DNA of 64,000 nucleotides from NCBI GenBank assembly GCA_965246715.1, contig CBDFFH010000043.1, positions 96,001-160,000 on the forward strand, given 5' to 3'. A program made the translations under genes and the position numbers. The notes under the pieces are model-generated. The model searched no databases. It saw only the letters and a program-made list of their open reading frames with translations, and was not told the origin of the DNA. The DNA is from Chamaesiphon sp. Lineage in GTDB: Bacteria > Cyanobacteriota > Cyanobacteriia > Cyanobacteriales > Chamaesiphonaceae. Below, piece by piece: positions 40,531-50,676 of the stretch (position 1 is its first letter; each line of letters begins with the position of its first letter).

Positions 40531-41127
40531 TTCCTTTAGGATACAAGGGGTAATGCCTCGTGCTTACCCCGCATCGATTCAGGGTACCCACAAGCGGCGT
40601 TTTTATTCGGGGGTTCCCCCCGAATAAAAAAACGACAAGACAGGAGCACCCCTACAAAAAATCATACCCATATTCAGCAACGCCAGAATTTTATCCCGCC
40701 TAACAAGTCTAGGGAGCTTTTTTTCTTTGGTGCCTTTTTACACTTTCCAAACATCCTCTAAGGAGCAGATGACCTATTTTCAGCACCCCGATCGCCAGGA
40801 GGAGAGTTGTACCAATTGAAGGGGTTAGAATTTGGGGTTATGCAAAAAACCCCTATTTGAAAGTGTCTGTCATCTCAGCTATATGGCTGAGCAAAAAATT
40901 TAGTTCAGACTAATTCAGCTAAATGGCGTATTTTGCAATTACCTGATATGATGTTGCGAAATCACTGACATTTTGCTACTGAATTGCTAGATCCAGACTT
41001 TTGCATCCACAACTTTGAGCTGCTACCTAGCTACTTAATTTTGAGAGTGTTTTTGATTGCATCCAGGGATATGAGCGGAAACAGTCTTTTGACCAGACTT
41101 ATCTAATTTATTTGGAAGAATCTAACC

Positions 41128-41724
41128 ATGAATTTTTTGACTAAAAAACACCGCATCGCCAATCTGGTTGCAGTTGCAGCGACAGCGGTTTCGGTGTGTA
41201 CTGTTGGCATGGAGGAGGAGGCGAAGGCGGTCTCGTTAACGTCCTGCAGTACTACTACTTACTGCTACGTCTATTTTGATTCGATAACAAGCAAAACATA
41301 CAATATCACCAAGGTCGGAAATAGTTTTAATTTTAATCGAGTTACGTTAGTTAATAATTTTTTTTGGCAGCAGAGTTTTAGCGCATCGCTTCTTTCGCAG
41401 GCGCTAACTCAGGAATCCCAGGCCAATGCCATTACGACAGGGGCGCCAATAGTTGCTTATGATTTGGTTAACAGTGGATTTAATGTGGTTCTATTCGACC
41501 CAAAGCGAATCGATCCGACAGCCTCAAGATCCGACCTGACGATCTTACAGGGGCAACAGTTCGCGGTAGCTACCGAGGTAGCTACCACAGCAACAGCGGT
41601 ACCGGAGCCATCGGGCATCATCGGCGGGCTGTTCGCATCCCTAGCCGCAGGAGGGGTAATAGTTGCTAGACGTAAACTCACCCTATCACACAAACCCGAT
41701 TCCAGCTCTAGCTCTGCGCTCTGA
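41128..41724 (+). CDS. PEP-CTERM sorting-domain protein
   Basis: N-terminal signal (..EEEAKA); C-terminal TAVPEPS plus TM helix plus ARRKL. Confidence 0.85.
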   Translation: MNFLTKKHRIANLVAVAATAVSVCTVGMEEEAKAVSLTSCSTTTYCYVYFDSITSKTYNITKVGNSFNFNRVTLVNNFFWQQSFSASLLSQALTQESQANAITTGAPIVAYDLVNSGFNVVLFDPKRIDPTASRSDLTILQGQQFAVATEVATTATAVPEPSGIIGGLFASLAAGGVIVARRKLTLSHKPDSSSSSAL

Positions 41725-41757
41725 GAACGTAACTACACCAAACTGCCTCCCCATCTG

Positions 41758-42052
41758 GTGGGTGATGGATATTTGTCATTGGATTGTTGATGTCGTCTTA
41801 CGACCCAATGGTAGTAAAGGTTTTGTCCTTTTGCCTAAACGTTGGACTGTGGAACGGACTTATGGTTGGTTGCACTGGTGAGGCACGGGGGGCGAAATAA
41901 TTCGCCCCATTGAGTGCCGTGTCGTCGCCTCAATGTTGATTATGAGCGTTTACCTGCTTCTTCAGAGGCTTTTATCCACATTGCCATGATTCGACTTATG
42001 CTATGGAGACTTGCCTGAACATCCTATACTCTCCGTATTTCCAAACATCCTC
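41758..42052 (+). mobile_element. IS5-family 3' fragment with one TIR
   Basis: [38 protein letters not shown]..; ends ttccaaacatcctc followed by taa. Near-identical, inverted, to 38613-38875. Confidence 0.82.
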
Positions 42053-42225
42053 TAAGCAATTTTATTGTCTCCGAAAGAATGTTTGAGTCGCAGAATGACA
42101 GTTTTTAGCCAAATTCCCTGGATTCTCTATTCCCGATCCGCCAACTTAGGATAGAAACAGCGTAGTATAATGGTGGTTTGGGCGATCGCTAGATCGATTC
42201 AGTCTTAACTAACGAGGAAGTAAAC

Positions 42226-43071
42226 ATGCGCCTTGGAACCGAAGACCATAAAGAGTTATTTTGTCAAAACTTTATTGCCACTCATCGTCACTACGATCCC
42301 GATCGGTTACCGTGGCCGCAATTATCTGACGACCAGCTTAGCTTGCTCCGGGGGATTCCGTTTTGGGGAGAGGCGCTGAGGGTAGAGACCAATGCAGGAG
42401 TGATGGTTACGGCTTTTGCTGAAACAGTGTCAGACCCCAGGCTCCGCGAGGCAATCGAGCTTCAAGGTCGTGAGGAAGCCCGCCACGCTTTACTACTCGA
42501 AGTAATGATGGAGCGCTACGGGATCGCAGTGCAACGTCCCGAGGTGCAACTACCGGAACGGTTAGAAGCAGCGTTTATCGACCTCGGACATGAAGAGTGC
42601 CTGGATTCTTTTTTTGCCTTTGGCTTTTTTGAGGTGGCGCGGCGGGCGCAGCTTTTCCCAGAGGCGATGTTTACCATTTTTGAATCGATTTTGGATGAAG
42701 AGGCGCGCCACATCGTCTTTTTTGTAAATTGGCTGACATACATCCACATCCAACGCGGGCAGGGTGCTCCGTTGCTGCGTTCGGCTCGATCGCTTTATTA
42801 CTACACCAAGGCGTTACACCGCTTGGTCGGTTCGCTGCAAATGGGCAATAACAACGGCCCTGGCTTCACCGCTAACGGGGCGGCCTTATTGGGACTCGAT
42901 CTTACTCCAGAAATTTTTGTGAATACCTGCCTTCAGCAGAACGATCGCCGAGTCGGCACCCTCGATCGCCAACTGCTGCGACCTCGTTTGATGCCGGCCA
43001 TTTTTAGCGGCGCACAGCGCACGCTAGCACTCTTCTCTCCCTCCCGGCTCCGTCCTGGAGTCTCCGCTTGA
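42226..43071 (+). CDS. Ferritin-like (diiron) domain protein in the hopanoid operon
   Basis: Two ExxH motifs (EEARH, DEEARH); overlaps the next gene. Confidence 0.75.
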   Translation: MRLGTEDHKELFCQNFIATHRHYDPDRLPWPQLSDDQLSLLRGIPFWGEALRVETNAGVMVTAFAETVSDPRLREAIELQGREEARHALLLEVMMERYGIAVQRPEVQLPERLEAAFIDLGHEECLDSFFAFGFFEVARRAQLFPEAMFTIFESILDEEARHIVFFVNWLTYIHIQRGQGAPLLRSARSLYYYTKALHRLVGSLQMGNNNGPGFTANGAALLGLDLTPEIFVNTCLQQNDRRVGTLDRQLLRPRLMPAIFSGAQRTLALFSPSRLRPGVSA

Positions 43072-43724
43072 CTAGGGAGATCGACGCGATTTTAGTCCCG
43101 CAAGGTGCTGAATTTGCGGCGGTAAAGCGAGCTTGTCAGACTAGCCCACCAGTCTTCGCCATTCCCGCTGGCCCAGCCCTGGCACCATCTTTGGCGACCC
43201 TCCCGACCGCATCCTGGCAGCGGGTGCTGCTACTGGGTCTATGCGGTAGTTTGGACGATCGCTATGGGATCGGGGACGTGGTATTGTATCGGGCGACAAT
43301 TTCACCTACGGGGCAGCGGCTGGAATGCGATCGAGAGTTAAGCGAAATCTGCGCACGGATTGTAGCTCCCGCGCCAGCCCGAGTGCTGGCGCTCACTAGC
43401 CCTCAAGTAATTTGGCGGGCTGCCCAAAAACAGCATTATCGAGAACAATTAGGCGCACAAGTCGTCGATATGGAGGGGCAGATCGCCCAAACAATACTAG
43501 CGAGTCTAGGGATTGCGATGGGCACGATCCGCGTGGTGAGCGATGACAGCCACCACGACCTCCCAGACCTAAGTAATGCCTTTGATGCCCAAGGTCAACT
43601 CCAAACCTGGCCGCTAGCCAGATCGCTGCTCGGCGATCCGATCGCTGGAGCGCGGTTAGTGCGGGGTTCGCTCCGCGCACTAACCGCGCTCCAGCGAGTG
43701 GCGCGACAGTTTGCGGTGAAATAA
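43068..43724 (+). CDS. hpnG: Nucleoside phosphorylase-like protein (HpnG-like)
   Basis: LGLCGSL, VVDMEG, IRVVSD PNP/MTA-nucleosidase motifs; next to shc. Confidence 0.72.
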   Translation: MTREIDAILVPQGAEFAAVKRACQTSPPVFAIPAGPALAPSLATLPTASWQRVLLLGLCGSLDDRYGIGDVVLYRATISPTGQRLECDRELSEICARIVAPAPARVLALTSPQVIWRAAQKQHYREQLGAQVVDMEGQIAQTILASLGIAMGTIRVVSDDSHHDLPDLSNAFDAQGQLQTWPLARSLLGDPIAGARLVRGSLRALTALQRVARQFAVK

Positions 43725-43810
43725 CCATTTTGGTAATAGCCGAATTTAGCGCCCATTCGGTAGCTTGAGTCAGAATCAAAAGTAATTAAATTGTGCGATC
43801 GGAGCAGGAT

Positions 43811-45748
43811 ATGGATCTTCAGGAACAACAGACAAAGTTGGATCGGGCAATTCACAACAGCCAAGATTATCTCTTAGGACTCCAAGACAGCCAGGGGTAT
43901 TGGTGGGCGGAGTTAGAAGCCAATGTCACCATGACTGCTGAGGTCGTGCTGTTGCATAAAATTTGGGGCACCGCTCGATCTCGTCCGCTTGCCAAGGCTG
44001 AAACATTTTTGCGTCAAGAACAACGCGCCCATGGCGGCTGGGAGCTGTTCTATGGCGATGGTGGCGAGTTGAGTACCTCGATCGAGGCTTATTTGGGGTT
44101 GCGCCTGTTGGGGGTGCCCGTCACCGATCCGGCCCTCCAGCTCGCACGGGAGTTTATTCTCCAGCGGGGCGGGATAGCTAACGCCAGGATCTTTACCAAG
44201 CTACATCTGGCCTTGGTCGGTTGTTATGACTGGGCGGGGATTCCGTCGTTGCCACCCTGGCTGATGTTGCTACCTGCGGGCGCGCCCATTAGTATCTATG
44301 AAATGTCCAGTTGGGCTAGGAGCAGCACCGTACCGCTGCTGATCGTCATCGATCGCAAACCTGTCTTCAAAACCGACCCCTGCGTAAATCTAGCCGAGCT
44401 ATATGTGGGTAATGACCGCCGGGGAAGGTTACCGGAGGCGCGTGACTGGCTCGATCGAGTTTTTTTGACCCTGGATGAAGGTTTTAAATGGGCCGAACAG
44501 CTCGATTTGGTACCCTTACGTCAAGAGGGACTCCAAGCGGCAGAGCGCTGGATTTTAGAGCGGCAGGAGGCCACTGGTGACTGGGCGGGGATAATTCCAG
44601 CGATGCTCAATTCGCTACTTGCCTTCCGCACGCTCGATTATCCAGTCAACGACCCAGTTGTCGATCGGGGCTTTCAAGCCATAGAGCGGTTTACGATCGA
44701 GACCGAACATACCTATCGCGTCCAGCCCTGTGTTTCTCCCGTCTGGGATACTGCATTGGTGATGCGAGCGTTGGTGGATTCCGGATTGTCCCCCGAGCAT
44801 CCTGCGTTGGTTGATGCGGGTCAGTGGCTCCTGTCTAAGCAAATTCTCGACTATGGGGACTGGTCGTTTAAGAACACCCAGGGGCTTTCCGGCGGCTGGG
44901 CATTTGAGTTTGAAAATCGCTTTTATCCAGACGTGGATGACACCGCTGTCGTGGTGATGGCCTTGACTGATGTGCGACTTCCCGACCCCCAGCTCAAACA
45001 GGCGGCGATCGATCGAGCGGTGAACTGGGTGGCTTCGATGCAATGCCAAGCGGGCGGCTGGGCTGCGTTTGACATCGACAACGACTTGGACTTACTCAAT
45101 CGTCTGCCCTACGCCGATCTCCAGGCGATGATCGACCCCAATACCGCTGATGTCACCGCTAGAGTCTTAGAAATGTATGGGCGTGGGTCTCTTACCCTGA
45201 CTTCCCAGCAACGCGATCGTGCCTTAGCCTACTTGAAACGCGAACAAGATGACAGTGGGGCTTGGTTTGGTCGCTGGGGTGTTAACTATATATATGGTAC
45301 TAGTGGCGTACTGACAGCCCTAGCCCTAGTTGCCCCCGAGGAAAAGTCGGCGATCCGGCGCGGAGCTAACTGGCTGCGAAATTGCCAAAACCCCGATGGT
45401 GGTTGGGGCGAAACTTGCCACAGCTACCAGACACCTAGCTTGAAAGGTCAGGGTGTCAGCACGGCTTCGCAGACTGCTTGGGCGCTCATCGGACTATTGG
45501 CTGTGGCAATGGCAGTAGCGGATTATGACTATAGTGACACGCTGGAGCGCGGTGTCACCTATCTCCTCGCTACCCAACAGGCACAGGGCGATTGGCAGGA
45601 GGCGGAGTTTACTGGGACAGGCTTTCCAGGGCATTTTTACCTGAAATACCACTTATACCAGCAGCACTTCCCCCTCACTGCCCTGGGTCGCTACCGCGAT
45701 TGGTTGTTACAACAAGCGAGCCGCTCAGAGAAATCGCCGATCGCCTAA
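43811..45748 (+). CDS. shc: Squalene-hopene cyclase
   Basis: Catalytic YPDVDDTA, QW repeats (QDSQGYW, QNPDGGWGE), FTGTGFPGHFYL. Confidence 0.95.
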   Translation: MDLQEQQTKLDRAIHNSQDYLLGLQDSQGYWWAELEANVTMTAEVVLLHKIWGTARSRPLAKAETFLRQEQRAHGGWELFYGDGGELSTSIEAYLGLRLLGVPVTDPALQLAREFILQRGGIANARIFTKLHLALVGCYDWAGIPSLPPWLMLLPAGAPISIYEMSSWARSSTVPLLIVIDRKPVFKTDPCVNLAELYVGNDRRGRLPEARDWLDRVFLTLDEGFKWAEQLDLVPLRQEGLQAAERWILERQEATGDWAGIIPAMLNSLLAFRTLDYPVNDPVVDRGFQAIERFTIETEHTYRVQPCVSPVWDTALVMRALVDSGLSPEHPALVDAGQWLLSKQILDYGDWSFKNTQGLSGGWAFEFENRFYPDVDDTAVVVMALTDVRLPDPQLKQAAIDRAVNWVASMQCQAGGWAAFDIDNDLDLLNRLPYADLQAMIDPNTADVTARVLEMYGRGSLTLTSQQRDRALAYLKREQDDSGAWFGRWGVNYIYGTSGVLTALALVAPEEKSAIRRGANWLRNCQNPDGGWGETCHSYQTPSLKGQGVSTASQTAWALIGLLAVAMAVADYDYSDTLERGVTYLLATQQAQGDWQEAEFTGTGFPGHFYLKYHLYQQHFPLTALGRYRDWLLQQASRSEKSPIA

Positions 45749-45799
45749 TACTACCGTAGTATTTCTAGCCGGATCCAGTAATTTTAGAGAGTAAATAGT

Positions 45800-46867
45800 A
45801 TGGTCAATTCTGTGATGGAGTCAGTGCAAATCAACAGAGAAGCAGAGCTGTTTTGCCAGGAGATGTTGCCAGAAGTTTCGCGAACCTTTGCCCTGAGTAT
45901 TCGCTTTTTGCCAGGAGATCTGGGTCGCTCGGTGCTCTGTGCCTACCTGCTCTGTCGGATCGCTGACACGATCGAAGATGATGCTGCAGCTCTGCCCGCA
46001 CACAAGCTCGTGCTCCTCGATCGATTGATGGACAGCTTTGAAAATCCCGCCCAGGCCAGTAGCTTATCCGCAGCGGCAGCAGTGGTCAAGGGGGAAGCCG
46101 CCCACGTCCGGCTGGTCGCGCATACACATCTGGTATTCGAGATGTTTCAAACGTTACCCGATCGTAGTAAAGCGACTGTGCAGCAATGGGTCGGGGAAAT
46201 GGTTCTAGGGATGAAGGAATTTATTGGTTTACATCCCCTGGGTATCCGCATCAAAACCCTCGATGAGTACAAAAAATATTGTTATTACGTGGCAGGAACA
46301 GTCGGACATTTGTTGACCGACCTCTGGTACGAGCATTCAGACGAGATCGATATCGATAACTATGCGGTGCTCTTAAAGCGTTGTGAAGCCTTCGGTCAAG
46401 CCCTCCAGACTGTGAATATCCTCAAGGACATCGCTTGGGATGCCGTTCATGAAAACTCGATTTATGTTCCCGCCGCCGATCTCGACGCGAAGGGCAGTAG
46501 TCATCAATTGCTGCTAGACCCCGCGCGGCTCTCACAGAACCTCGCAGCATTGGGTTCGCTGATGGATCTGGCGCGGAGCGACTTGGATGAGGCTCTGGCC
46601 TATTTGCTGACCGTGCCCAAGCGCGCAGTATCCATCCGGCTGTTTTGTATCTTGCCATTGCTGTTTGCATATGCCACGCTCCGCGAATTAAATAATTCCA
46701 GTGCCATGCTCCAACCAGGTGGCTCGGTCAAAATATCTCGGCAAGAAGTGAAATTGCTAATTATGTCTGGGTGTATTGCCGTCTTCAGCAATCGGGGAAT
46801 TGCTTGGCTGGTCGATCTGGTGCGTAAAGATCGACCTCAAAGCTTTTCTTCAGTTCAGCTTAACTAG
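45800..46867 (+). CDS. Squalene/phytoene synthase family (likely squalene synthase)
   Basis: SRTFALSI, CRIADTIEDD, YCYYVAGTVG, LQTVNILKD. Confidence 0.88.
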   Translation: MVNSVMESVQINREAELFCQEMLPEVSRTFALSIRFLPGDLGRSVLCAYLLCRIADTIEDDAAALPAHKLVLLDRLMDSFENPAQASSLSAAAAVVKGEAAHVRLVAHTHLVFEMFQTLPDRSKATVQQWVGEMVLGMKEFIGLHPLGIRIKTLDEYKKYCYYVAGTVGHLLTDLWYEHSDEIDIDNYAVLLKRCEAFGQALQTVNILKDIAWDAVHENSIYVPAADLDAKGSSHQLLLDPARLSQNLAALGSLMDLARSDLDEALAYLLTVPKRAVSIRLFCILPLLFAYATLRELNNSSAMLQPGGSVKISRQEVKLLIMSGCIAVFSNRGIAWLVDLVRKDRPQSFSSVQLN

Positions 46868-47381
46868 GTGCTAAGCATCATCGGGAAAATCTCGAACTAC
46901 TGAATCAGTCTGGCAACAGCGGTGAAATAGCCAATTACCGCTGCTGCTAGCGATCGATCGAAACTGGACGGAAAACTATCTTGCAAAAGATCGCACTTTA
47001 GTGAATGCGAGCGACTATATTTTGCTGGGGTAACTAATCAGACATAATCAAAACTAAAAATCTTGTACGTTAGTCATGGATGAGATCGGATTACCATCAG
47101 CTGAAATTAAAACAATTGCATCGGCTCGATCGGCTCTGCCTGCTACTAACTAAGTTGTCAGCAGTAAAAACGCGTTCTAGCCGAGCTATAATATTCGCCA
47201 GTTGTGCCTTGTTATCTAAATACAGTCACGTTTATGAGTTGACAATAACATCCATCCAGTTCATAAATTCACAAAACTAGATATTTCGATCGGTTGAGTC
47301 GATCTAGGCGATGAGTTGTTTCGATTTCGTCAGTTCGATCGAGTCTGGAAAATCTGCTTAGTTATGAGTATTAGTTACGCG

Positions 47382-47843
47382 ATGAAATCTCAATCTATTC
47401 GGTTTTGCGATCGCCAAGCAGACATCGATCTGCATCAGCTCCAAGCCTTGTTTAATAAAAGTGCATTTTGGGCGAGCAATCGACAGATAGGAGATCTGCA
47501 AATCGCACTCGATCGTAGCGATCCTGTAATATCTGCCTGGGATGAACTCCGACTCGTCGGCTTTGCCAGGGCTACTTCTGATGGAATTTATCGTGCTACA
47601 ATCTGGGATGTAGTTATCGATGACGATTATCAACGGTTGGGATTGGGGCGGAAATTAGTAGCAACGGTGCTGGACGCTCCGTGTATGCAGCGTGTCGAAC
47701 GGATCTATCTGAGCACTACTCACCAACAAACTTTTTACGAACGGCTCGGCTTCGAGCGCAATAGCAGTACGACAATGGTACTAGTTAACTCAAATAACGA
47801 TCGACTGAACAAATTCGCGATCTCTGAATCATCAGCTAGTTAG
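47382..47843 (+). CDS. GNAT N-acetyltransferase
   Basis: LVGFARATSDG..IWDVVI..YQRLGLGRKL..FYERLGF. Confidence 0.88.
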   Translation: MKSQSIRFCDRQADIDLHQLQALFNKSAFWASNRQIGDLQIALDRSDPVISAWDELRLVGFARATSDGIYRATIWDVVIDDDYQRLGLGRKLVATVLDAPCMQRVERIYLSTTHQQTFYERLGFERNSSTTMVLVNSNNDRLNKFAISESSAS

Positions 47844-48085
47844 TAATTGTTAACATTTGTAAATATTCTGAGGATAAATCTCGATCGAATCCATCACGGC
47901 AATGCTGCTGTAACGACTACGAGCCTAGTCATGTGAAGGTTTGAACCGATCGATCGGGTCAAATAAAGCGGATGGCGATCGCCTTGCATCCGAGGCGGGA
48001 AGCAGATTAACATAATGCATGAGATTATTTAAATAATAATAAAGTTTTCGTAGTAGACACCTATTTTTAAGGAGGAGCGTAGTCG

Positions 48086-49615
48086 ATGGGACTACCCTGG
48101 TATCGTGTGCATACGGTCGTCCTGAATGACCCAGGTCGGCTGATTTCCGTGCATTTAATGCATACAGCTTTAGTTGCTGGTTGGGCTGGATCGATGGCTC
48201 TGTTCGAGCTATCCAACTTCGACCCCAGCGACCCAGTTTTCAACCCCATGTGGCGACAAGGGATGTTTGTCTTGCCATTCATGGCACGTTTGGGTATCAC
48301 GAAATCTTGGGGCGGTTGGAGCTTGGTTCCAGGCGAATCAGCCGGAGATGTTGGTTTCTGGTCTTTTGAAGGTGTCGCTACCGCTCACATCATCCTCTCT
48401 GGCTTGTTGATGTTGGCATCGATTTGGCATTGGGTCTACTGGGACTTGGAACTGTTTACAGATCCTCGGACTGGCGAACCTGCACTAGATTTGCCCAAAA
48501 TGTTTGGGATTCACCTGTTCTTATCTGGTTTACTCTGTTTCGGCTTTGGAGCCTTCCACCTGACTGGTCTATTCGGCCCAGGGATGTGGGTGTCCGACCC
48601 GTTTGGGATTACCGGACATGTCACGCCGGTCGCGCCGGAATGGGGGCCTGCTGGATTTAACCCGTTCAATCCAGGTGGTGTCGTCGCGCACCATATTGCA
48701 GCGGGTACCGTGGGAATTATCGCTGGATTATTCCACCTCACCGTGCGTCCGCCCGAGCGCTTGTACAAAGCCCTCCGGATGGGTAACATCGAGACCGTAC
48801 TATCTTCGAGTATTGCTGCGGTATTTTTCGCTGCATTTATCGTCGCTGGTACCATGTGGTACGGTAACGCTACTACCCCGATCGAATTATTCGGCCCGAC
48901 GCGCTATCAGTGGGATAGCGGTTATTTCCAACAGGAGATTCAACGTCGCGTCCAATCTAGCGTCGAAGATGGTAAGAGCGAAGCTGAGGCTTGGCAAGCA
49001 ATTCCCGATAAACTGGCTTTCTATGACTATGTTGGTAACAGCCCTGCTAAAGGCGGTCTGTTCCGGACTGGTCCGATGGTTAAAGGTGATGGGATCGCTC
49101 AAGGTTGGCAAGGACACCCAGTATTCAAAGACGCTGAAGGTCGGGTACTGAGCGTGCGTCGTCTGCCCAACTTCTTTGAAAGTTTCCCTGTTGTCTTAAC
49201 TGACTCTGAAGGCGTAGTGCGCGCGGACATTCCGTTCCGGCGGGCAGAATCGCGCTACAGCTTCGAGCAAGCTGGAATTACAGCTAGCTTCTACGGTGGC
49301 GCTTTAAACGGTCAAACCTTTAAAGATCCCGTCCAAGTCAAGCAGTTTGCCCGCAAAGCTCAAGGTGGCGAAATCTTTGAATTCGATCGCGAGAAACTCA
49401 ACTCTGACGGTGTATTCCGGACGAGTCCACGCGGTTGGTTCACCTTCGGACATGCTTGCTTTGCACTGTTATTCTTCTTCGGTCATCTCTGGCATGGTTC
49501 GCGGACGATCTACCGCGATGTCTTTGCTGGTGTAGAAGCCGATATGGAAGAACAAGTAGAATTCGGTCTGTTCCAGAAATTGGGCGACCCAACTACGCGT
49601 CGGAAAGAAGCTTAA
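48086..49615 (+). CDS. psbB: Photosystem II CP47
   Basis: [19 protein letters not shown]..., 509 aa, strong AAGGAGG RBS. Confidence 0.99.
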   Translation: MGLPWYRVHTVVLNDPGRLISVHLMHTALVAGWAGSMALFELSNFDPSDPVFNPMWRQGMFVLPFMARLGITKSWGGWSLVPGESAGDVGFWSFEGVATAHIILSGLLMLASIWHWVYWDLELFTDPRTGEPALDLPKMFGIHLFLSGLLCFGFGAFHLTGLFGPGMWVSDPFGITGHVTPVAPEWGPAGFNPFNPGGVVAHHIAAGTVGIIAGLFHLTVRPPERLYKALRMGNIETVLSSSIAAVFFAAFIVAGTMWYGNATTPIELFGPTRYQWDSGYFQQEIQRRVQSSVEDGKSEAEAWQAIPDKLAFYDYVGNSPAKGGLFRTGPMVKGDGIAQGWQGHPVFKDAEGRVLSVRRLPNFFESFPVVLTDSEGVVRADIPFRRAESRYSFEQAGITASFYGGALNGQTFKDPVQVKQFARKAQGGEIFEFDREKLNSDGVFRTSPRGWFTFGHACFALLFFFGHLWHGSRTIYRDVFAGVEADMEEQVEFGLFQKLGDPTTRRKEA

Positions 49616-49721
49616 TCATTGGTTAGCGCTCGACCTCAACCTCGTGTCGAGCGTCGAGTGCTAATACCCCCTGGTTCGTTTTGTTGTTTAATTTAAAGTA
49701 ATCCCGGAGGACTTTGTCACC

Positions 49722-49832
49722 ATGGAAGCAACTATTTATATTCTGGTTACAACTTTGGCATTGGGTGTGGTCTTCTTTGCCATTACTTTCCGCGAACCGC
49801 CCAGAATTCCCCGCAACACTGACAAAAAATAA
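49722..49832 (+). CDS. psbT: Photosystem II PsbT (not in the ORF track)
   Basis: MEATIYILVTTLALGVVFFAITFREPPRIPRNTDKK, GGAGG RBS, follows psbB. Confidence 0.93.
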   Translation: MEATIYILVTTLALGVVFFAITFREPPRIPRNTDKK

Positions 49833-49853
49833 CGATCTAATCGATCGATTATC

Positions 49854-49898
49854 AAATCTGAGCCAATTGCTAGACTTGTCTGCACGGCTCAGATTTTT
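49854..49898 (+). terminator. Rho-independent terminator after psbT
   Basis: aaatctgagcc...ggctcagattttt. Confidence 0.6.
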
Positions 49899-49978
49899 CA
49901 TTTTATGGGATAGTGAAGAATGACTGGCGATCGAGTGTGCAGAATTTATCATTCATAACTCATAATTTATATATCTAT

Positions 49979-50467
49979 ATGCAATGCCCCTACTGCCAGT
50001 TTACAGATAGCCGAGTGTTAGAATCTCGCTCGACCGAAGCTGGACAAAGTATCCGGCGGCGGCGAGAGTGTCTCAACTGTAAACATCGCTTCACTACGTA
50101 CGAACGATTGGAATTCGTCCCGGTGACTGTGATCAAGCAAGATTCGCGGCGCGAATATTTCGATCGATCTAAACTGTTGCGGGGGATGATCCACGCCTGT
50201 CAGAAAACCGGACTCGACCCAGATACACTTGAAAAGATCGTCGATGATATCGAATCTCAACTGCAAACTCGCACGCTCAGAGAGGTGACGACAGCCGAAA
50301 TTGGCGAGTTAGTATTGGCCGAATTACGCCCGTTAAGTGAAGTTGCTTACGTTCGGTTTGCATCGGTATATCGGCAATTTCAGGGGATTCGTGACTTTGT
50401 AGATACATTACATCAGCTCAAGATCGATCGATCTCCCGAAATTCGTTCTGAAACCAAGTCAATGTAG
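49979..50467 (+). CDS. nrdR: Transcriptional repressor NrdR
   Basis: MQCPYC..SRVLESR..IRRRREC..RFTTYE, ATP-cone, [10 protein letters not shown]. Confidence 0.95.
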   Translation: MQCPYCQFTDSRVLESRSTEAGQSIRRRRECLNCKHRFTTYERLEFVPVTVIKQDSRREYFDRSKLLRGMIHACQKTGLDPDTLEKIVDDIESQLQTRTLREVTTAEIGELVLAELRPLSEVAYVRFASVYRQFQGIRDFVDTLHQLKIDRSPEIRSETKSM

Positions 50468-50676
50468 TCGTCATCACCAAGATCGTGATTTTGGTTGATT
50501 CTGCAAAAGTTCGAGTTAAAATTCAACTTCCTCTTAGCGCACATACTTCTCTAATTGTTCCGGCGATACTTAACACCGCTAAAAAGCACACCCTGATATT
50601 GCCGCTACCTGACTGCGGAAGGAGGCTACTCAGGATGATAAAATTTGAGCCTAGACTACTCGAGCTGACTATTTTT

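Larger units (their letters stand above)
39063..40547 (-). mobile_element. IS110-family (IS621-like) insertion sequence bounded by CT cores
   Basis: Comparison with the empty site gives only AG (CT on the minus strand) repeated at 39063-64 and 40546-47, with no TIR or TSD. Short RE and long non-coding LE. Confidence 0.92.
39020..40684. mobile_element. MITE family B interrupted by IS110
   Basis: TIRs ggcgttgctgaat / attcagcaacgcc; 8-bp TSD agaatttt (39012-19, 40685-92). The halves rejoin to give the 28061 copy. Confidence 0.88.
38613..40758 (-). mobile_element. IS5-family (IS1031-like) internally deleted element hosting nested insertions
   Basis: TIRs gaggatgtttgaaaa / tttccaaacatcctc, TAA duplication on both sides (38610-12, 40759-61), transposase remnant inside. 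Confidence 0.82.

Noticed and set aside
49714..49923. 69-aa ORF after psbB
   Set aside because: Wrong frame; the real gene is psbT at 49722-49832.
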